Assembly (NCBI GenBank): GCA_030324005.1
Contig: JARDVH010000073.1
Span: forward strand, 50,510,982-50,574,981
Reading direction: 5' to 3'
Source of the DNA: Negaprion brevirostris
Lineage: Eukaryota
Length of the DNA: 64,000 nt
Within the stretch, counting starts at the first letter, position 1, and each line of letters begins with the position of its first letter. The position numbers and the translations under genes are program-made. Below, in pieces: positions 62,400 through 64,000 of the stretch. Under the pieces are notes generated by a model, which saw only the letters and a list, made by a program, of their open reading frames with translations, searched no databases and had not been told where the DNA came from.

Positions 62400-63705
62400 G
62401 TGATGGGAAGAGGTTACAATATGTTATAGGAGCAATATTCCAAAATTCCTTAGATTCTGGAAAGGTCCCAGTGGATTGGAAAACCATGAACATAATAGAA
62501 AGCACATAACTATAAACCAATTACCTAACATCTGTCAATTGGAAAATGCGAGAACCCATTATTAAGAAGGCGGTAGCTGGATATTTAGAAAATCATCATA
62601 TAGCAAGGCAGAGTCAATATGGTTACTGTGAGACAACTGTTTTTGACAAATTCATTACATCTTTGAGGCTGTAATAAGCAGTGTGGATAAGGGATACAAA
62701 TAAATATAGCATATTTGGATTTGCAAAAGGCATTCTATAAGGTGCCACATAAAAGTTTACTTCACAAAATAAGAATGCATGGTGTTGGGTGAGACATACT
62801 GGTGTTGATACGGGATTGGCTCAGTAACACAGGGCCCGATTTTACCATTTTGATTCTAAGTGCTGAATCTGGGAATGTTTCAGATCCAACTTTTAGACCC
62901 ATTCTCAGGTGCTGCCATATGCACTCTGCCAGAAAAAAAACAGTGATTCTGAATCACGCTGCAGAACCTGTGGCCAGGGCTTATCACGCCCGAAACACTG
63001 CATCTCCAATCAGAGCCTTCAGCTGCGCAGGCGCATTAAAAAAAAAATTGAAAAATGCTTCCCNNNNNNNNNNNNNNNNNNNNNNNNNNNNNNNNNNNNN
63101 NNNNNNNNNNNNNNNNNNNNNNNNNNNNNNNNNNNNNNNNNNNNNNNNNNNNNNNNNNNNNNNCTTGCTCCTCAGAAGCTAGAGCGCCGAAACAGACCTT
63201 TGTGAACCATGTCTGTTTCGCGCCCAATCCGGACGGTCACACACGGTGGTAAAGTGGGAAGTGCCAGTTGGTTTGGACATTCAGCCCATTAAGTCAATTT
63301 AAATGCATGAAAATCCATTTAAATTGCCATCTCCCCCATTTCGGGTGGGGTCCAATCACAGCTATTTTAGGTGCTTGGTAAAGGGGGAACAGATGCGGAG
63401 ATAGGCACGGAACGGTCGTGGATCGTGCTACTCGCCCCATGCCCGAAAGCACGCGCAACTTGATGGTAAAAGCGGGCCCATAGAGTTGGAATAAATGGAT
63501 TATTTTCAAATTGGCAATATGTAACTCAGCACAAGGATCAATGCTGTGGCCTCAATTATTTACTATTTCTATTAATGGCTTAGATGAAGACACCAACTAG
63601 CATGTAGTCAAATTTGATGATGATATAAAGATAGGTAGGAGGTAGGAAAGCTAGTTGTGGCGAGGAAAAAAAAATTCTGCAAAGTGAATTAAGTAAACGG
63701 GCAAA
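62400..63705 (+). mobile_element. CR1 LINE RT-region relic split by a TIR element
   Basis: IFQNSLDSGKVPVDWK, NYKPI.LTSV, YLDLQKAFYKVPHK.LLHK; it resumes after 63480 with GSMLWPQLFTI.IN.LDE...KFDDD.K. Confidence 0.8.
62832..63479. mobile_element. Non-autonomous TIR element (~650 bp, CpG-rich, relatively young)
   Basis: 16-bp TIRs with one mismatch: GGGCCCGATTTTACCA ... TGGTAAAAGCGGGCCC. It interrupts colinear CR1 sequence. Confidence 0.8.
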
Positions 63706-63707
63706 GA

Positions 63708-64000
63708 TTTCGCTGAAAGCTGGAGAAAGATGTGCTCCAGGCTTCGCCATATCATCTTCCAGTCTGAGATAACACCACACCTAACCTGTGGTGAAGCGGC
63801 ATTAGATCCTGAAAGCAATTGTTTCTTGGGATCTTATTGAGTCAAATCAGCATCAGTGGTCAGTACTTTCTTCACTTCTTCAAATGTTTTCTGTCATTTC
63901 ACATATCATTCCCAATCTATTCCAATTTTCAGCAGTTGATGCAGTAAATAATATATTAGCTAACTATGGGATGAAATTTCAACAGGTCACAACAGCCTCT
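63708..64000 (-). mobile_element. Gypsy/Ty3 LTR retrotransposon pol relic (RT thumb/RNase H-like junction)
   Basis: Minus strand with frameshifts: FIP*LANIL/LHQLLK...QKTFEEVKKVLTTDADLTQ*DPKKQLL...AASP/LGVVLSQ/EDDMAKP, resembling FIP.LA..L.PLH.LL...W..E...AF...K..L....L..YDP...L....DAS..G.GAVLSQ. Confidence 0.6.

Overview
This is vertebrate nuclear DNA: AT-rich, CpG-depleted and gapped, so a draft scaffold. The repeat content (HE1-type V-SINEs, CR1/HER1-like LINE 3' ends, SacSINE/DeuSINE-like SINEs) points to a shark or other elasmobranch; this is inferred from repeat recognition, not from a database search. I recognise no intact host protein-coding exon, rRNA, tRNA or CRISPR array, and the window reads as intronic or intergenic. 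It is dominated by fossil transposons: about 16 V-SINE copies or fragments in two subfamilies with different 3' tails, many CR1 fragments (some nested, one with an internal inversion), and Rex1/Babar-like LINE copies with (AATCA)n tails. It also holds three decayed PIF/Harbinger-type elements (HARBI1-like transposase and Myb/SANT relics), short TIR elements (MITEs), a Gypsy pol relic at the right edge, and two Penelope-like fragments that each carry a degenerate minimal hammerhead ribozyme. The most notable observations are the hammerhead relics, a V-SINE tail that resembles the Rex1-like LINE 3' stem-loop (possible LINE-partner switch), a Harbinger element splitting a ~42-bp minisatellite, and a ~150-bp inverted duplication. 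Several repeat-free blocks may be conserved non-coding elements or unannotated exons, but this cannot be confirmed from the sequence alone. Element boundaries are approximate.
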